Shown piece by piece: positions 50,501 to 63,348 of a stretch of DNA of 64,000 nt. Source of the DNA: Convolutriloba macropyga (lineage: Eukaryota); assembly GCF_964194025.1 (NCBI RefSeq), contig NC_134468.1, positions 73,904,001 to 73,968,000 on the forward strand, read 5' to 3'. Made by a program: the position numbers and the translations under genes. The notes beneath the pieces are model-generated. The model had not been told where the DNA came from. It ran no database searches and was given only the letters and a program-made list of their open reading frames with translations. The first letter of the stretch is position 1. Every line of letters begins with the position of its first letter.

Positions 50501-52752
50501 TGAAAATTGTTGTGCTGTTGTTCTTTTTTGTGTTTCATTGTGGCTGAAGAACTGTTGAAGAAATTTGGTGTCCACTGCACTAATTAAAAATAAATTGTAG
50601 ATAAGAGACAAGCGAATAGGCAAGTTTTCAACCTGCAATGGTATTGCGTTAGCCTTTTTAGGACCTGTATATTTGGTGTTCTTGTTCTTTTTAGTTAAAA
50701 ATGCAATATCTTTTTAGTTAAACATCCTCGGCAGAAATGGCAAATGAATATCTTTTAACATAATTTTTTTCAATTGTTTGAAAGGTTTCAGTACCCCAGC
50801 ATTGAATGTTTCTTTTTCACTAGGAGCTTTGTTAAAATTAATTGAAAATTCACCTTTTTCAGATTTTCAAACTTGTTGCTGTTTGCAGAATCTGAACATA
50901 ACGGTTTTTTCAATGGGCTTTTTTTGTAAGTTCCATTTATTCAGGTTCTTTTGGTTTTATTAATGCAGTTTACTGGTGGTGAAAGGCCGGATTAAATGGT
51001 TGTTGGTGCATATGAATCAAGCAGTTTTATAATTTAAAGATATCACAGAATAACAATGGAGAGGTTGAATTGGAGTTTTGTAGCAGTTTTCTTTTTTCTT
51101 CCCCTTTCCTCGTTTTTATCTGTAGTGTTTATCTTGGTTTTTTTATATCAAAGGTTGGTCAGTCATTGAATGAAGATTATTTGTATTGCGAGATGTTTCG
51201 GCAAAGTGGCGTTGGTGGCGCAACTTGTGGTGAAATAATCAGATCATCATTATCATAATTATTATTTTGGCCTTTCTCATGTTATCTTTCCTCTGTTATT
51301 GTTTCAAAATGATTAGTAGTTTCAATTGGTAGACTATGTTTATTCATTAAGTGGTTAGTTGGTGCCGAAAGGTGGACCTCGATTCGGTTACTGATTGTAA
51401 CGGCTATGTTATCTTAAGTTTCTTTTCAATAGTTTTCGGTAGTGGTCTGTCTGGTATTTTATGCTGGCTTAAATAAGCTTTGCAATTAATCCGATCCTTT
51501 TTGCTACGTCTTTTGAAAAGTTTTTAAAATGCAGGATGATAACCTGTTTTCTCTAGTGATGAGATAAATTGTATATAAAGATTCTATAATATCAAAACCT
51601 ATACCGTTTTCAATAAAGTCCAAAATTGGCATGTTTTTGAAAGTGGCGAAAAATTTGATAATTGATCTAGCTGATAGATATTTCTCTATTCTACAGATTC
51701 CTTTTTATACAGATATGATGTCTTTGACGACAATTTTGCGATGATTATTCTAATTTTAATGAAATGTAGCAAGGTTTTTTGTGTTACTTCGACTTTGCCG
51801 GAGTCAATGAACTAGGGCCATAGACTTTTTTGCGAGTTTCACGAAGATTAAACTAGAGCCTTATAATAGGTCGTTATTGGACAACTGCAACGGTATTTAA
51901 TATTTATCTGTTAAAGATCTACGTGCTAAGCTTGCACAGCAATTGCGTTACTTCATTTGAAGCAAGTTTGAGCTTTACTTACAATTGTGTTATTTTTGTA
52001 GCTTGTTTCGCAGAAGACTCGTATGTACACGATTGCATTTGTCCCGACATTTGTCAGAAAGCGAGTTTGTTTCTGCTAAACTGTTTTCGTGTTTATTTTC
52101 TGTTGCGGCTATTCTTCATCTTTCTTAGTTATTGTCTGACGTTTAGTAGCTGCATTTCATGAATCAGTTACTGTGCAGATGGCTACCCAGCATGAAAAAT
52201 CAAGAAATCGAAACGAATTTGCAAGTCATCATTCGTTGCTTACGCAATTGAATTGCTGATACAATGATAACAGAAACAGGAAGATCAACATTAATAGCGG
52301 AGCATAAAAATGCGAACAAACGATGACCCGACTAATTTTTTGCATGAGCTGAATTCTGGGCTGCAGTCTGCAATAGTCAAATGTTTTCGAGCGAGTATAC
52401 TCAATGTGTTTCTTTGTAAGTTCTGTGAGGATTGTTTATTGACACTATTCCTGTTTTTCAGTTTCCCCAGAGCATCAAAGAGAACTTGATGCCTATTCAC
52501 CGATTCCTCGGAACGACCGTCTTCATCATGTCGATAGTATCCATGATCTCTGGTATCACTGAGAAGATGCTGTTTAAGAACAGCGATGCTGATCCCTACT
52601 CCGATCTTCCGTCCTGGGCCTACGTGGGAAACTTCTTGGGGTGTGCGATTGTGTTGTACGCTATTGGAATCGGTCTGTTAGTGTCGAATCCCGCGTTTAA
52701 AAGAGATGAACATATTGCCTACATGAGGCAGCAGAACCTCAATAGCGACTAA
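47502..52752 (+). CDS. Cytochrome b561 family ascorbate-dependent transmembrane reductase (CYB561/CYBRD1/CYB561A3-like); exons 47502-47747, 48109-48318, 52462-52752 (248 aa)
   Basis: FNWHPVLM, HTILH, MYSLHSW and PIHRFLG motifs supply the four haem-ligating His residues. About six hydrophobic segments; phase-0 GT-AG introns. Paralogue identity cannot be fixed by eye. Confidence 0.92.
49776..50421 (+). mobile_element. HINE family C, decayed copy in cytochrome b561 intron 2
   Basis: ATAGCCGCC at 49777 and GGCGGCTAT at 50390, followed by a degraded caatctgccggctatg. Confidence 0.65.
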
Positions 52753-55700
52753 AGAGGTTTACGATGAAGTGCTTAGAACAGCTTGGTTGCTGCATGTATG
52801 TTGCAAGACGGGGAAACTTAAACATGCTATTTGTCCAGAGTTATGAGCCAAAACAGCGCTAAAATTTATATTTGTATGCATGCGCAAGAAAACTGTAGTA
52901 GAATAGCAAATGCTTACCTCAGGTAATGGGCCGCAATTACAGTTTCGTATTTTAATTGTTCAATCTGAATAGGTCGCTCTTTGTATGCTAGATGTAAAAT
53001 TCAAAATTTGTCAATATTAAATGCTTTGTACACTTCATATGCTTTACTCCATTCAAACTGTTATTAAATTTGATGCTAAATTAGTTAGCTCTAAATGTAA
53101 ATTTATGTTTCACGTAATCAAAGAAAAACATTATCAATAGTTAAATCTGCGTTCTATTTTTGTTCTTAAACATTGTCAAGTATTATAATTTGACATGGCA
53201 ATTAAACTTTTTGTTCATTTTATGGGTTTTTTCGAAGTCTCTTATTAATAGCCGTAAAGCGATGGCTGGGATTCTTATTGGCCTTCTCTTGAGTTTTTAC
53301 AATTCAAGAAAGTTGAATTGTATTGCGCTGATGTTTTTATAGCTGCGAAGCTGTAAGCTGAGCGGAGCTATATTGCGGTGCTCTTGGTTTTTTACAATTC
53401 AAAGAATTTGAATTGTATTGGGGCGCTGTCTTTTTTTAAAGATCTGTTCACACATTTTCATGATTTTTGAAGTCAAATTGGAGTAGTGATTTTGGTCACG
53501 CCGAAACAGGAAATGGAGCGAAAAAGCGAGTGCTTTTGTGGCGTGAAATTTTTTCGCTCTAAATTTAAAGTAGAGTGAGAAAATGGTGTTTGAACAAAAA
53601 TTCGCTTTCTCGCTAGTGGTTTTTTGTTCACATGTGGCAATTTCACTATGATTTTTAGTGTTGTCGTTTTTTTGGATAGGATTTTTTCTAAATGGTTTTC
53701 CCAATCCATTCATAGTGCATTCTAGGCCTAGTTTTTTTTGTTTGATTCAAATTTCCATTTCTCGCTGGTGGTTTTTTGTTTACATGCGGCATTTCGAGAT
53801 TGCTTTTCTGTTTTTAATTTTTGATCTGATTTTTTTAAGAAATGCATTTTCCAATTCACTCATAGTCCGNNNNNNNNNNNNNNNNNNNNNNNNNNNNNNN
53901 NNNNNNNNNNNNNNNNNNNNNNNNNNNNNNNNNNNNNNNNNNNNNNNNNNNNNNNNNNNNNNNNNNNNNNNNNNNNNNNNNNNNNNNNNNNNNNNNNNNN
54001 NNNNNNNNNNNNNNNNNNNNNNNNNNNNNNNNNNNNNNNNNNNNNNNNNNNNNNNNNNNNNNNNNNNNNNNNNNNNNNNNNNNNNNNNNNNNNNNNNNNN
54101 NNNNNNNNNNNNNNNNGTGTTGTGTTTTGTGTGTGCTTGTTGTGTGTGTGTGTGTTGTATGTGTTTCTGTTGTGCATGTGTGTGTTGTGTATGTGTGTGC
54201 GTGTGTGTGTGTTGTGTGTGTATGTTGTGTAAGTTGTGTGTTTTGTGTGTTATGTTTGTGTTTGTTTGTGTTGTGCGCGTGTGTGCAGAACCTCAATAGC
54301 GACTAAAGAGGTTTACGATGAAGTGCTTAGAACAGCTTGGTTGCTGCATGTATGTTGCAAGACGGGGAAACTTAAACATGCTATTTGTCCAGAGTTATGA
54401 GCCAAAACAGCGCTAAAATTTATATTTGTATGCATGCGCAAGAAAACTGTAGTAGAATAGCAAATGCTTACCTCAGGTAATGGGCCGCAATTACAGTTTC
54501 GTATTTTAATTGTTCAATCTGAATAGGTCGCTCTTTGTATGCTAGATGTAAAATTCAAAATTTGTCAATATTAAATGCTTTGTACACTTCATATGCTTTA
54601 CTCCATTCAAATTGTTATTAAATTTGATGCTTAATTAGTTAGCTCTAAATGTAAATTTATGTTTCACGTAATCAAAGAAAAACATTATCAATAGTTAAAT
54701 CTGCGTTCTATTTTTATTCTTAAACATTGTCAAGTATTATAATTTGACATGGCAATTAAACTTTTTGTTCATTTTATGGTTTTTTTCGAAGTCTCTTATT
54801 AATAGCCGTAAAGCGATGGCTGGGATTCTTATTGGCCTTCTCTTGAGTTTTTACAATTCAAGAAAGTTGAATTGTATTGCGCTGATGTTTTTATAGCTGC
54901 GAAGCTGTAAGCTGAGCGGAGCTATATTGCGGTGTTCTTGGTTTTTTACAATTCAAAGAATTTGAATTGTATTGGGGCGCTGTCTTTTTTTTAAGATCTG
55001 TTCACACATTTTCATGATTTTTGAAGTCAAATTGGAGTAGTGATTTTGGTCACGCCGAAACAGGAAATGGAGCGAAAAAGCGAGTGGTTTTGTTGCGTGA
55101 AATTTTTTCGCTCTAAATTTAAAGTAGAGTGAGAAAATGGTGTTTGAACAAAAATTCGCTTTCTCGCTAGTGGTTTTTTGTTCACATGTGGCAATTTCAC
55201 TATGATTTTTAGTGTTTTCGTTTTTTTGGATAGGATTTTTTCTAAATGGTTTTCCCAATCCATTCATAGTGCATTCTAGGCCTAGTTTTTTTTTGTTTGA
55301 TTCAAATTTCCATTTCTCGCTGGTGGTTTTTTGTTCACATGCGGCATTTCGAGATTGCTTTTCTGTTTTTAATTTTTGATCTGATTTTTTTAAGAAATGC
55401 ATTTTCCAATTCACTCATAGTCCGTTCTAGGTTTTGTCTTTTTTCTTTTTACATTTGTTCNNNNNNNNNNNNNNNNNNNNNNNNNNNNNNNNNNNNNNNN
55501 NNNNNNNNNNNNNNNNNNNNNNNNNNNNNNNNNNNNNNNNNNNNNNNNNNNNNNNNNNNNNNNNNNNNNNNNNNNNNNNNNNNNNNNNNNNNNNNNNNNN
55601 NNNNNNNNNNNNNNNNNNNNNNNNNNNNNNNNNNNNNNNNNNNNNNNNNNNNNNNNNNNNNNNNNNNNNNNNNGTGTTGTGTTTTGTGTGTGCTTGTTGT

Positions 55701-55850
55701 TTGTGTGTGTGTTGTATGTGTTTCTGTTGTGCATGTGTGTGTTGTGTATGTGTGTGCGTGTGTGTGTGTGTTGTGTGTGTATGTTGTGTAAGTTGTGTGT
55801 TTTGTGTGTGTGTTATGTTTGTGTTTGTTTGTGTTGTGCGTGTGTGTGTG
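52728..55850. repeat. Near-identical ~1.55 kb duplication around two N gaps
   Basis: 52728-53869 is almost identical to 54285-55424. Each copy is followed by an N-run and the same GT-rich tract. Confidence 0.9.
53339..53869 (+). mobile_element. HINE family A, 5' half, cut by an assembly gap
   Basis: TTTTT-ATAGCTGCG…CGGAGCTAT start followed by the family core. Confidence 0.8.
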
Positions 55851-57818
55851 TGTGTGGTGTGTGTCTGTTGTGTGTGTGTGTGTGTGTTGTGTGTGTGTGT
55901 GTGTTTTGTGAGTGTTGTGTGTGTCTTGCATGTGTTTGTGTTGTGTATGTGTGTGTTGTGTGTGCGCGTGTGTTTCTGCGTATGTGAGTGTTTGTGCGTG
56001 TGCGTGCGTGTGTGTGTGCGTATGTTGTGTGTGTGCGTGTGTGTGTGAGAGTGTGCGCGCGCACGTGTGTGTATGCGTGTGTGTTTGTCGGTTCTGTCAT
56101 GGTGACTAATAAATAAGAAACAATTTTAAAGTGGCGCTGTTCCAAACAAATACCGTTGTGACATTTCGAGATAGCATTTGGTTGAAAATTTTCAAAAACT
56201 TGTTGATTTGAATATTTCTTAATTTTTTCTTGTTGGTTTTTTTGGGGGTCGATAATTGACTGTAGCTAATTGTATTGCGCAGCGTGATGCAAGTTTTTTT
56301 TTGTAGTTACTTTTTTGCAGGCATTTTTGCAGTTGAACGTCACTTTCAATGTTTTGCAACTATGTTGAGGGTTTTATGACTATGGCCTCAAAATTTTGCT
56401 CAATGAATTGTTTTCTTGGATTTTTTGATAACTGAATTGCAGCCTTATGCTACTACGCAGTTTCTCTTAAAAAAATTAGTTTTGTAGTGCCAGTAATTTT
56501 TAATCTAACTGCTTGAGAAATGTTTTGTTTAGTATGCGTATTTGTACCACAGCAAAAAACTTGAATATTTGATAATTTTACCTTTGGTTTCTTTGGTTAT
56601 TTGACTTCAGATGGTTATTTTCTATGCGAATTTTTTTTGCGTTCTGCTTGTAGATTCTAGATATTTGAAAGAAAGGTAAAGAAAGGTTTTGGTAAAGACA
56701 ACTTTGAGTCGTTGCCGGAATTCTTTCAGGTATGTTTGTTCATCATTTTTTGGAGTGAATATTGAAGATAAAACTCGCAAATTAAAATTAGGAAAGCGTA
56801 ATTCTTGAATAATATTCGAAAGTTGAGCAAAAAGAGTTTTCTTGTTCATACGGCTCTTTCCGAGATAGCAAGAAAGAGGTGTTCTCTTGTGATATTTGCA
56901 AGCAGATTTGTTTTTTTTTGAATTCAAACTAGTTTTTTGCTAAGAAATTTGTCAAAAGATTGAGTTGAAGAACATTTGTTCTCGTATGTTTTCCGTAAAT
57001 TGGGTTTTTCCGGAAATAGATCTTTCCATGCATAGCGCATTTTGATATGCATGAAACTTTTTTGAATGTGTTTTTGTATTATAAGAAAACTTAATTGAAA
57101 TTCCCTATTTTCTGAAATCGGTATCTTTGTGGCTAATTTTTGTTACTAATTGACTCTGTCGTTTTCGTTGATTTTTCCTTTTGGATGTAAGTTAATTCTA
57201 AGGCTAAGGGTTGAGTTTTTTGGCCAAGCAGTCTTTCGAGAATTGTAAAAGTTGAGGAGATTGTAACTTTCGCGCAGCTTTCATTTATTTTCTTAAGTTT
57301 TGTTTGTAAGCCTGTTATCGTTTGCTTCAAAATTATGATCAATTCAATGGTTTGAGTTTTACGACAGAAATATTTTGTGTAATGTGTGTTTGTATTGTGA
57401 AGTTGTAATTGATTGCTCTCCAACGAAGTTTAAGGCAATTATATTAGTCCTATCGTTCTTTATCTGCAGTTTTTATAAATAATACTTAGCCGTTGTTGTA
57501 TCCTTTACGTAAATTTTTCTCCTGGCCGATCTGAGTGTTCGATGGTCTTTTCGCCCTTGATTTTCACTTTCTAACTTAAGTTTAATTTGAATTTGTTTAA
57601 GGTCAAAGGAACTCCTATGTGCAGTAAAGGTCCCTAATAAGAGGCTTCTGTGGAATGAATTTTAACAAGCTTTATTAATTTATCGCTGAATGTTTTTAAG
57701 CCTAGTTTTGTGAGCGGCGTCGATTTTTTTTTTCAATTTAGATCTGTATCTTTCTATCTCTATTATATGGCACGCAGGTCTATTCTATCGCAGCTGTTCC
57801 GGCAATCTGCCGGCTATG
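54893..57818 (+). mobile_element. HINE family A copy spanning a gap, a (GT)n-rich tract and extra internal sequence
   Basis: 5' ATAGCTGCG…CGGAGCTAT. 3' CGCAGCTGT + CCGGCAATCTGCCGG + ctatg + T-run at 57789-57828. Confidence 0.7.
55674..56090. repeat. Degenerate (GT)n microsatellite (shorter copy at 54118-54285)
   Basis: Directly visible in the sequence. Confidence 0.95.
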
Positions 57819-58847
57819 TTTTTTTTTTGAATTAATCTCTAACAATATTTGAAGTAATTAGTGTACTCATGTGTAGGCAAATATTTTGCGTGAACGTTTT
57901 CTTCTAGAATATTGTATAGATATGTGATTTTGCTTTGAGTCACTGGGAGTTTTCGGCACTCATTGAGAACTTAAGACATAATTTCAAAGAGACTCCTGCA
58001 GAGTCACTTAAACTTACTTAAAACGCAACTTCTATGTTGATAGTCTAAATCTGGTTATCTATATGGCAAATTCTGGCATTTTGGTTGCTGGCACTGTCGA
58101 TTGTCATCGTTTTTCAACGTGCATGTGCGTGTTTTATTTTGATTTTACTTTTAGAGTGACTTTTTCACACCTGATTTTTATAAATTTTTTGAGTAAATTG
58201 TTCTCATTCAGAAATTGAAAATGTTCCTTAAAAGCTATTGTTTGGATATGGTAAATATGGTTTGTAATATTAAAAACAGTATATGGTTTGTTTCGCCGAG
58301 TGCTTTATATTCACGATTCTCATCCTAGAGATCGATGGTTTGAACCCCTAGTTGGAGTTTCTAGCACTCATTAGATTTGTCTAGCTTGTATGTAACACTT
58401 AACTGAATTACATTCATTACCTCCCCAGTCGTTCGAGAGCAATTGGTCTGACGTTAGTTAGTTTTTTGCCTTTGCAACTACACGTTTAATTGCTCACGAA
58501 CAAAGTTTGAATCAATTATTTTTAGCATGTGTCTGTTTTCATACAAATTTTTAGCTTGATTGTTTTGACTTTGATAGTGACTTTTACTTCCTTGATTTTT
58601 GCATTTTGTGTGATCTACATTTTTTCTTTTAATTTTTGAGCTCACTACTCAAATGAAAAGTTAAATTAGGCAGCCAAAATTTTTGTTTGGGTCTTTTTAA
58701 GCAGTTTTATCAATCACTTTTTTAAAAGAGTTGTTCTGATGTCGTTTTTAAGGTTGTTCTGATGTCGTTTTAACGTTTTTTGGTCATTAAAGAAGTTTAG
58801 AGCTAATTTTAATGTTTGGGTTAGGGTTATCGCCTTAGCCTAAATTA

Positions 58848-59528
58848 GTCCATAGCCAAACGTTACACATGTATAATTGATAAATGTCTTCAATTTTACT
58901 TAATTTTTAGCAATCAATTTAAAGAAAAACAGAGGAAAAATAAGAGAACAAAATCTGATAAATTTTATGCTCTTAGAGTTTTTGACCGTTGTTTGGTTTT
59001 GTTGTTTTCATTGAAAACTCAATAAACGTTTAATGCTTGCGGATTTTTTTTACTTACAAATATATTGCAAGTTTTGTTATAGATCATTTTGTTGTGAAAC
59101 ATGACACAAAAGTAGAGAAAAACGAACTTTTTTTGTTTAGTGGGTGGTGTTGGAAGTCACTAATTGAACACAAGCAGTATTACAAGGATTCTCAAAAAAT
59201 TGGGCTCTCAGAAATCGTACTGATTTTCTTTAAATTCATAACCTTACATTTTTAGTTCTTTCTGTCTCTCCATTCCTTTTCGCCAGTATTTTTCTCGGTA
59301 TTTATTGTTCATTTTTATCTATTATGCACTACTTACTTGATTTAATATGAACAATATTACACGATCTCTTGCGAATAAGGGGCTTTTGAGTCGTAATTTT
59401 TGGGAAAATTTTATCAGATTTTGTTGTTCTCTTATTTTTCCTCTGTTTTTCTTTAAATTGATTGCTAAAAGTCATGAGTAAAATGAAGACATTTATCAAT
59501 TATATATTTGAAACGTTTGGCTATGGCC
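58848..59528. mobile_element. MITE with ~120-bp terminal inverted repeats and TA flanks
   Basis: 58848-58965 (gtccatagccaaacg…aaagaaaaacagaggaaaaataagagaac) is the reverse complement of 59406-59528 (…cgtttggctatggcc). TA on both sides; non-coding interior. Confidence 0.8.
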
Positions 59529-59539
59529 TAAGTGAATAT

Positions 59540-60827
59540 TAACTTTGTTTTGTCTCCGGCTACGTTTTTTTACGATCTGTTCACTTCTTTTGATGATTTT
59601 TGAAGTCAAATTAGAGTCGCGATGATTTTGACACGCCGAATCAGGAAGTGGTGCAAAAAGGCACGTCGTTTTTTGGTGTAAAGTTTTTTCACTCTTATTT
59701 GAAAGTTGATTGAGAAAACGGTGTTGGAACACAATTCGCTTTCTTGTTAATACTTTTTATTTTCTCATGAGGCAGTTTTACTTTGATTGTTACTACTTTC
59801 ACTATTTTTGATAAGATTTTGTCTAAATAGTTTTCCGAGCCATTTCTTATTCAATTAAAAGTCTATGTACATTGTTTATTCAATGAGAATTCTAAGATTT
59901 TGTAATTAAAGATCTTCAGAATATTGTAAAGGTTTTGTAATTTGTTTAACCTTTCGATCAAGTTAAGTCACAGGTTTCACATTTGACTTTGACTTAACTC
60001 AATCACTTTCAGCTAACTGTTATATATAATTTGTTCATTCAAATTACGAAAATACTTTTTGACGTCTAAAAGCGAAATCAAAAGAAAGGGATAAACTAAT
60101 TAGACCGGATGCTAATACAGAGTTTTATAAAATCAAGTTACCTTTGAGAATCCTGCTTATTACTTTAGTGTCAACTTAATTGTCCTCCAATTTAGTGGCT
60201 GAATTCACATTATTTCTCAAATCTTTAGAAATTGCGAGCTGAGTTATGACATTTTTTGACGTAAAAAAATTAAGACTATCTTCAATTTTTCTCTAACTGT
60301 TTCAATCCGGCTAACTATAGAAAAGCCTGTAAAAAAGCCGACTAACAGAAGTTAGTATTGTTTCAACCCTAACTTCTGTTAGTCGGGGTTTTTTTTTTAC
60401 TTAGTAACATGCTATATAAAAGCGCATAAATCGTACCTGGGCCTGCAGAAACCGTGGAAGGTTGAAACACAATTGATCCAAAATTCTTTGAATTCTAATG
60501 CAGGACTTGTCCTTTTAGGGTATTTTGTCAATATTTTTGTAACGGTACTTGACGTCACGATAACTAACATCACTCTCTCAAAATTTTCTTACTTTCAAAA
60601 TGATTTTTTTAACTCAAGGAGATATGGTTAAATGATTGTGTGTCACTGCAATTGAAAGTTATTTGACAGCAGCTAGTAGAATCAGCAGTAAGTTGTACTG
60701 ATTCGCAATCAAAATTTATTATCTCAGCCAATAATAAAAAGTAGTTTTTTCCTGTCTTCTAAAGCTTTTTTGAAACTGCAGATCTACAAAGCTATGGCGG
60801 CTATGTTTTGGCAATCTGTCAGCTATG
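59540..60827 (+). mobile_element. HINE family C, decayed copy
   Basis: Core similarity at 59570-59850. 3' GGCGGCTAT…ggcaatctgtcagctatgtttt at 60796-60831. Confidence 0.55.
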
Positions 60828-61145
60828 TTTTCATAACTCAACAGCTCTAATTGTACGGTATAATTTTATATGATGGTCTATTTGCGTTCTATTCGTGCGC
60901 TGTATGTCTGCTGCTACTATAACTATAGTCTTAACGCTTTGTTGCAATGCTTATCCAGCTATTTGTATGCTATCTTTAATTTGTCATGCTCCTTTTTTCA
61001 GTTTATGTGTACGCAGCTGCTGTATCCCTATTTTATGGACTTTGTAAGTTTGTTTAAATGAATTCTGAAAGCTGAAATTATTTTCAGATGAACTCTGTCA
61101 TGGTAGAAACATGTGACTACTTTTGAATAAATAAATCTGCCGGAA

Positions 61146-63165
61146 ATGCTTAACGGGTTCGTCAAAAAGGACACTAAAAACTTCCGAAGTGATCTGCACC
61201 AATTATCTCTCATTCCAGCAAGGAGAAACGAGACAAATGCATGGGACAGTCACAATAAGATCCTGCGAAAAACATCCGCCAAGTTCTATCGAAAGAGTAG
61301 AAAACAAACCAATTCTCTCAGGTCGTCTGAACTAAGAGAAGTTGATCATAACGGTCAACCAGATGACCTTGAGCATCTGCCTCCTTTGCAGTATGAATTG
61401 TCCGGAATGCGAGAAACGGCTCTGATCCGGAAGCTGGAACAGTGCCATAAAATATGCAATTTCAATGACCCGATGATACATCCGAAGAGCAAAGAAGTGA
61501 AGCGAATGGCCTTAAACGACATTTGTGACTTTCTAGGTTGGCATTTGGAGTCACTTGAACACGAGCAGTTATATGAACACATCTTTAAGTTTTTATCTGT
61601 TAACTTGTTTCGAGATCTGCCACCTGTACGTGAAGTTCTACCCCTGGAAATAATCCTAGTCGATGAAGACGATCCCATTGAAGATGTGGCCTGGCCACAT
61701 TTGCAGCTGGTGTACAGTATTGCTCTAACCCTAATACGGAGTCCCAGTTTTGACAAAACATTAGCTCATGAGTTCATCACTGAAGAGTTCTTGATTAATT
61801 TGGTTCAGAACTTCGAATCACTTGACAGTCGGGAACGAGAATTACTACAAGCTTTGTTGTATAACATATACTTGAAGATGGTCAGCAAACGGTCGAGTAT
61901 TAGAAAAGAGATCAGACACACGCTTTTGATGTTCATCGAGGGTGATAGATCTTCACATGGCATTTTGGAGCTGCTGGATATGATGAGCAGTGTCGTTTCT
62001 GGTTTTGCAGTGCCAATTAAAGAGGAACATCTAGAGTTTCTTTTTAAGGTTAAAACGTTATCTATGATGATACTCAAAATATTCTATTTGTGACAAAATT
62101 CAAGAAAATCAGGCACTATTGGGTATCAAATAACGAGATTTTACAACAGCAATTAAACTTCTAAGTTAGCACAAAAGCACCGATTGCTTGGAATTTAATT
62201 ACACTGGAAGTTTTACATTTCAAATTTGCGGAGGGCTGTTTTAACATTTAGTCTTAGTCTGAGACTTCACTAGATTAGGTTATGGTGCCTTTTGTTGAAC
62301 TGACAATCCCAAGTGTTCGAGTTTTTTTATTCTTGAACAGAGAATTTTCAGAAACGAAGCTGGATGACCAATATAAATAAGTAAATTTGAACAAGAAATT
62401 TAGTAAATCTTTAAGGCATTGAGACCGGATCCAAAAATCGACATGTTGATAACCACTAGTATCAATTCCAAATTAATTCACAGGTGTTGATTCCCCTCCA
62501 CCGACCGGCTTCGATGCCTCTGTACCACGACAGTCTCTCGCTGTGCATGGTCCAGTTCATAGAAAGAGACGAGACTCTTGTTGATGAAGTGATGGGGAGA
62601 TTGTTGCCTGTGTGGCCCAGGGTACAACACAGTGTCAAACATCTCTGCTTCCTCAACCAAGTCGAAGAGATGCTGAACAAAGTGCACAATTATGACAAGG
62701 AGAACCAGGTTGTGTAGAATGCATGTTTACTCATTAGAATAGCGAATTAGATATCTTCGTTCATAGGTAGCCGTTAAGATTTTTGGGGCCGAATGAGCAA
62801 ATGTGTTTAAATAAATGGAGTTATAAATGAATGAGTTGTGTTGTTAGTTCTCGAACATTCGATTGACAGGTAGCTGAATATATAATTGTCCTCCAATATG
62901 TACAAAGTTGAGAGGTTTCTCTTATGAACCATGAGACCACTGGTTGCTTAATATAAGCAAGAACAATCCAAATTTTCGCAAGAGAAATGTTTCGTTTTAG
63001 CCGTGGCTCAAATTGCTGACACGGAAAGTAGCCCATTGTATAAGGAGTCAGAATTCCCTTGTTTCGGAACGAGCTCTGCTCTTTCTCAACGGAGAGACGT
63101 TTGCTGACTTCCTCAAGCCAAATGCAACCAACCTCATTCCTATTTTGTTTCCTGCACTCTATGAG
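61146..63165 (+). CDS. PP2A regulatory subunit B56 (PPP2R5 family), divergent; exons 61146-62048, 62484-62708, 63001-63165; 3' end not in window
   Basis: B56 motifs: KLEQCHKICNFNDP, KEVKR, VNLFRDLPP, DEDDPIEDVAWPHLQLVY, DSRERE, GFAVPIKEEH, KVLIPLH, VSERAL, PILFPALY. Phase-0 GT-AG introns. Confidence 0.9.
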
Positions 63166-63348
63166 GTAAAACCGAAAATTCATTTGTCAATTCGTTTTTT
63201 TGTTCAATAGTGCCGCGAAGTGATCTTATTGTTTTGGTATTTTTTTTCAATTAGAAGAGGAGTAATTTTTATTTGATTTTTCTAGTTTATTCGTGGTATG
63301 GTGTTTTACTTTTAAATTTAGCTGCCATAAGCCTTAGCCTGAATGTTT

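Noticed and set aside
53658-56145. Long Cys/Val-rich and His/Thr-rich ORFs
   Set aside because: They are translations of N-runs and the (GT)n microsatellite.
62870-62911. Possible extra PPP2R5 exon beginning VAE after gacag
   Set aside because: It hits a stop within 14 codons with no convincing phase-0 donor, and exons 2 and 3 join well without it.
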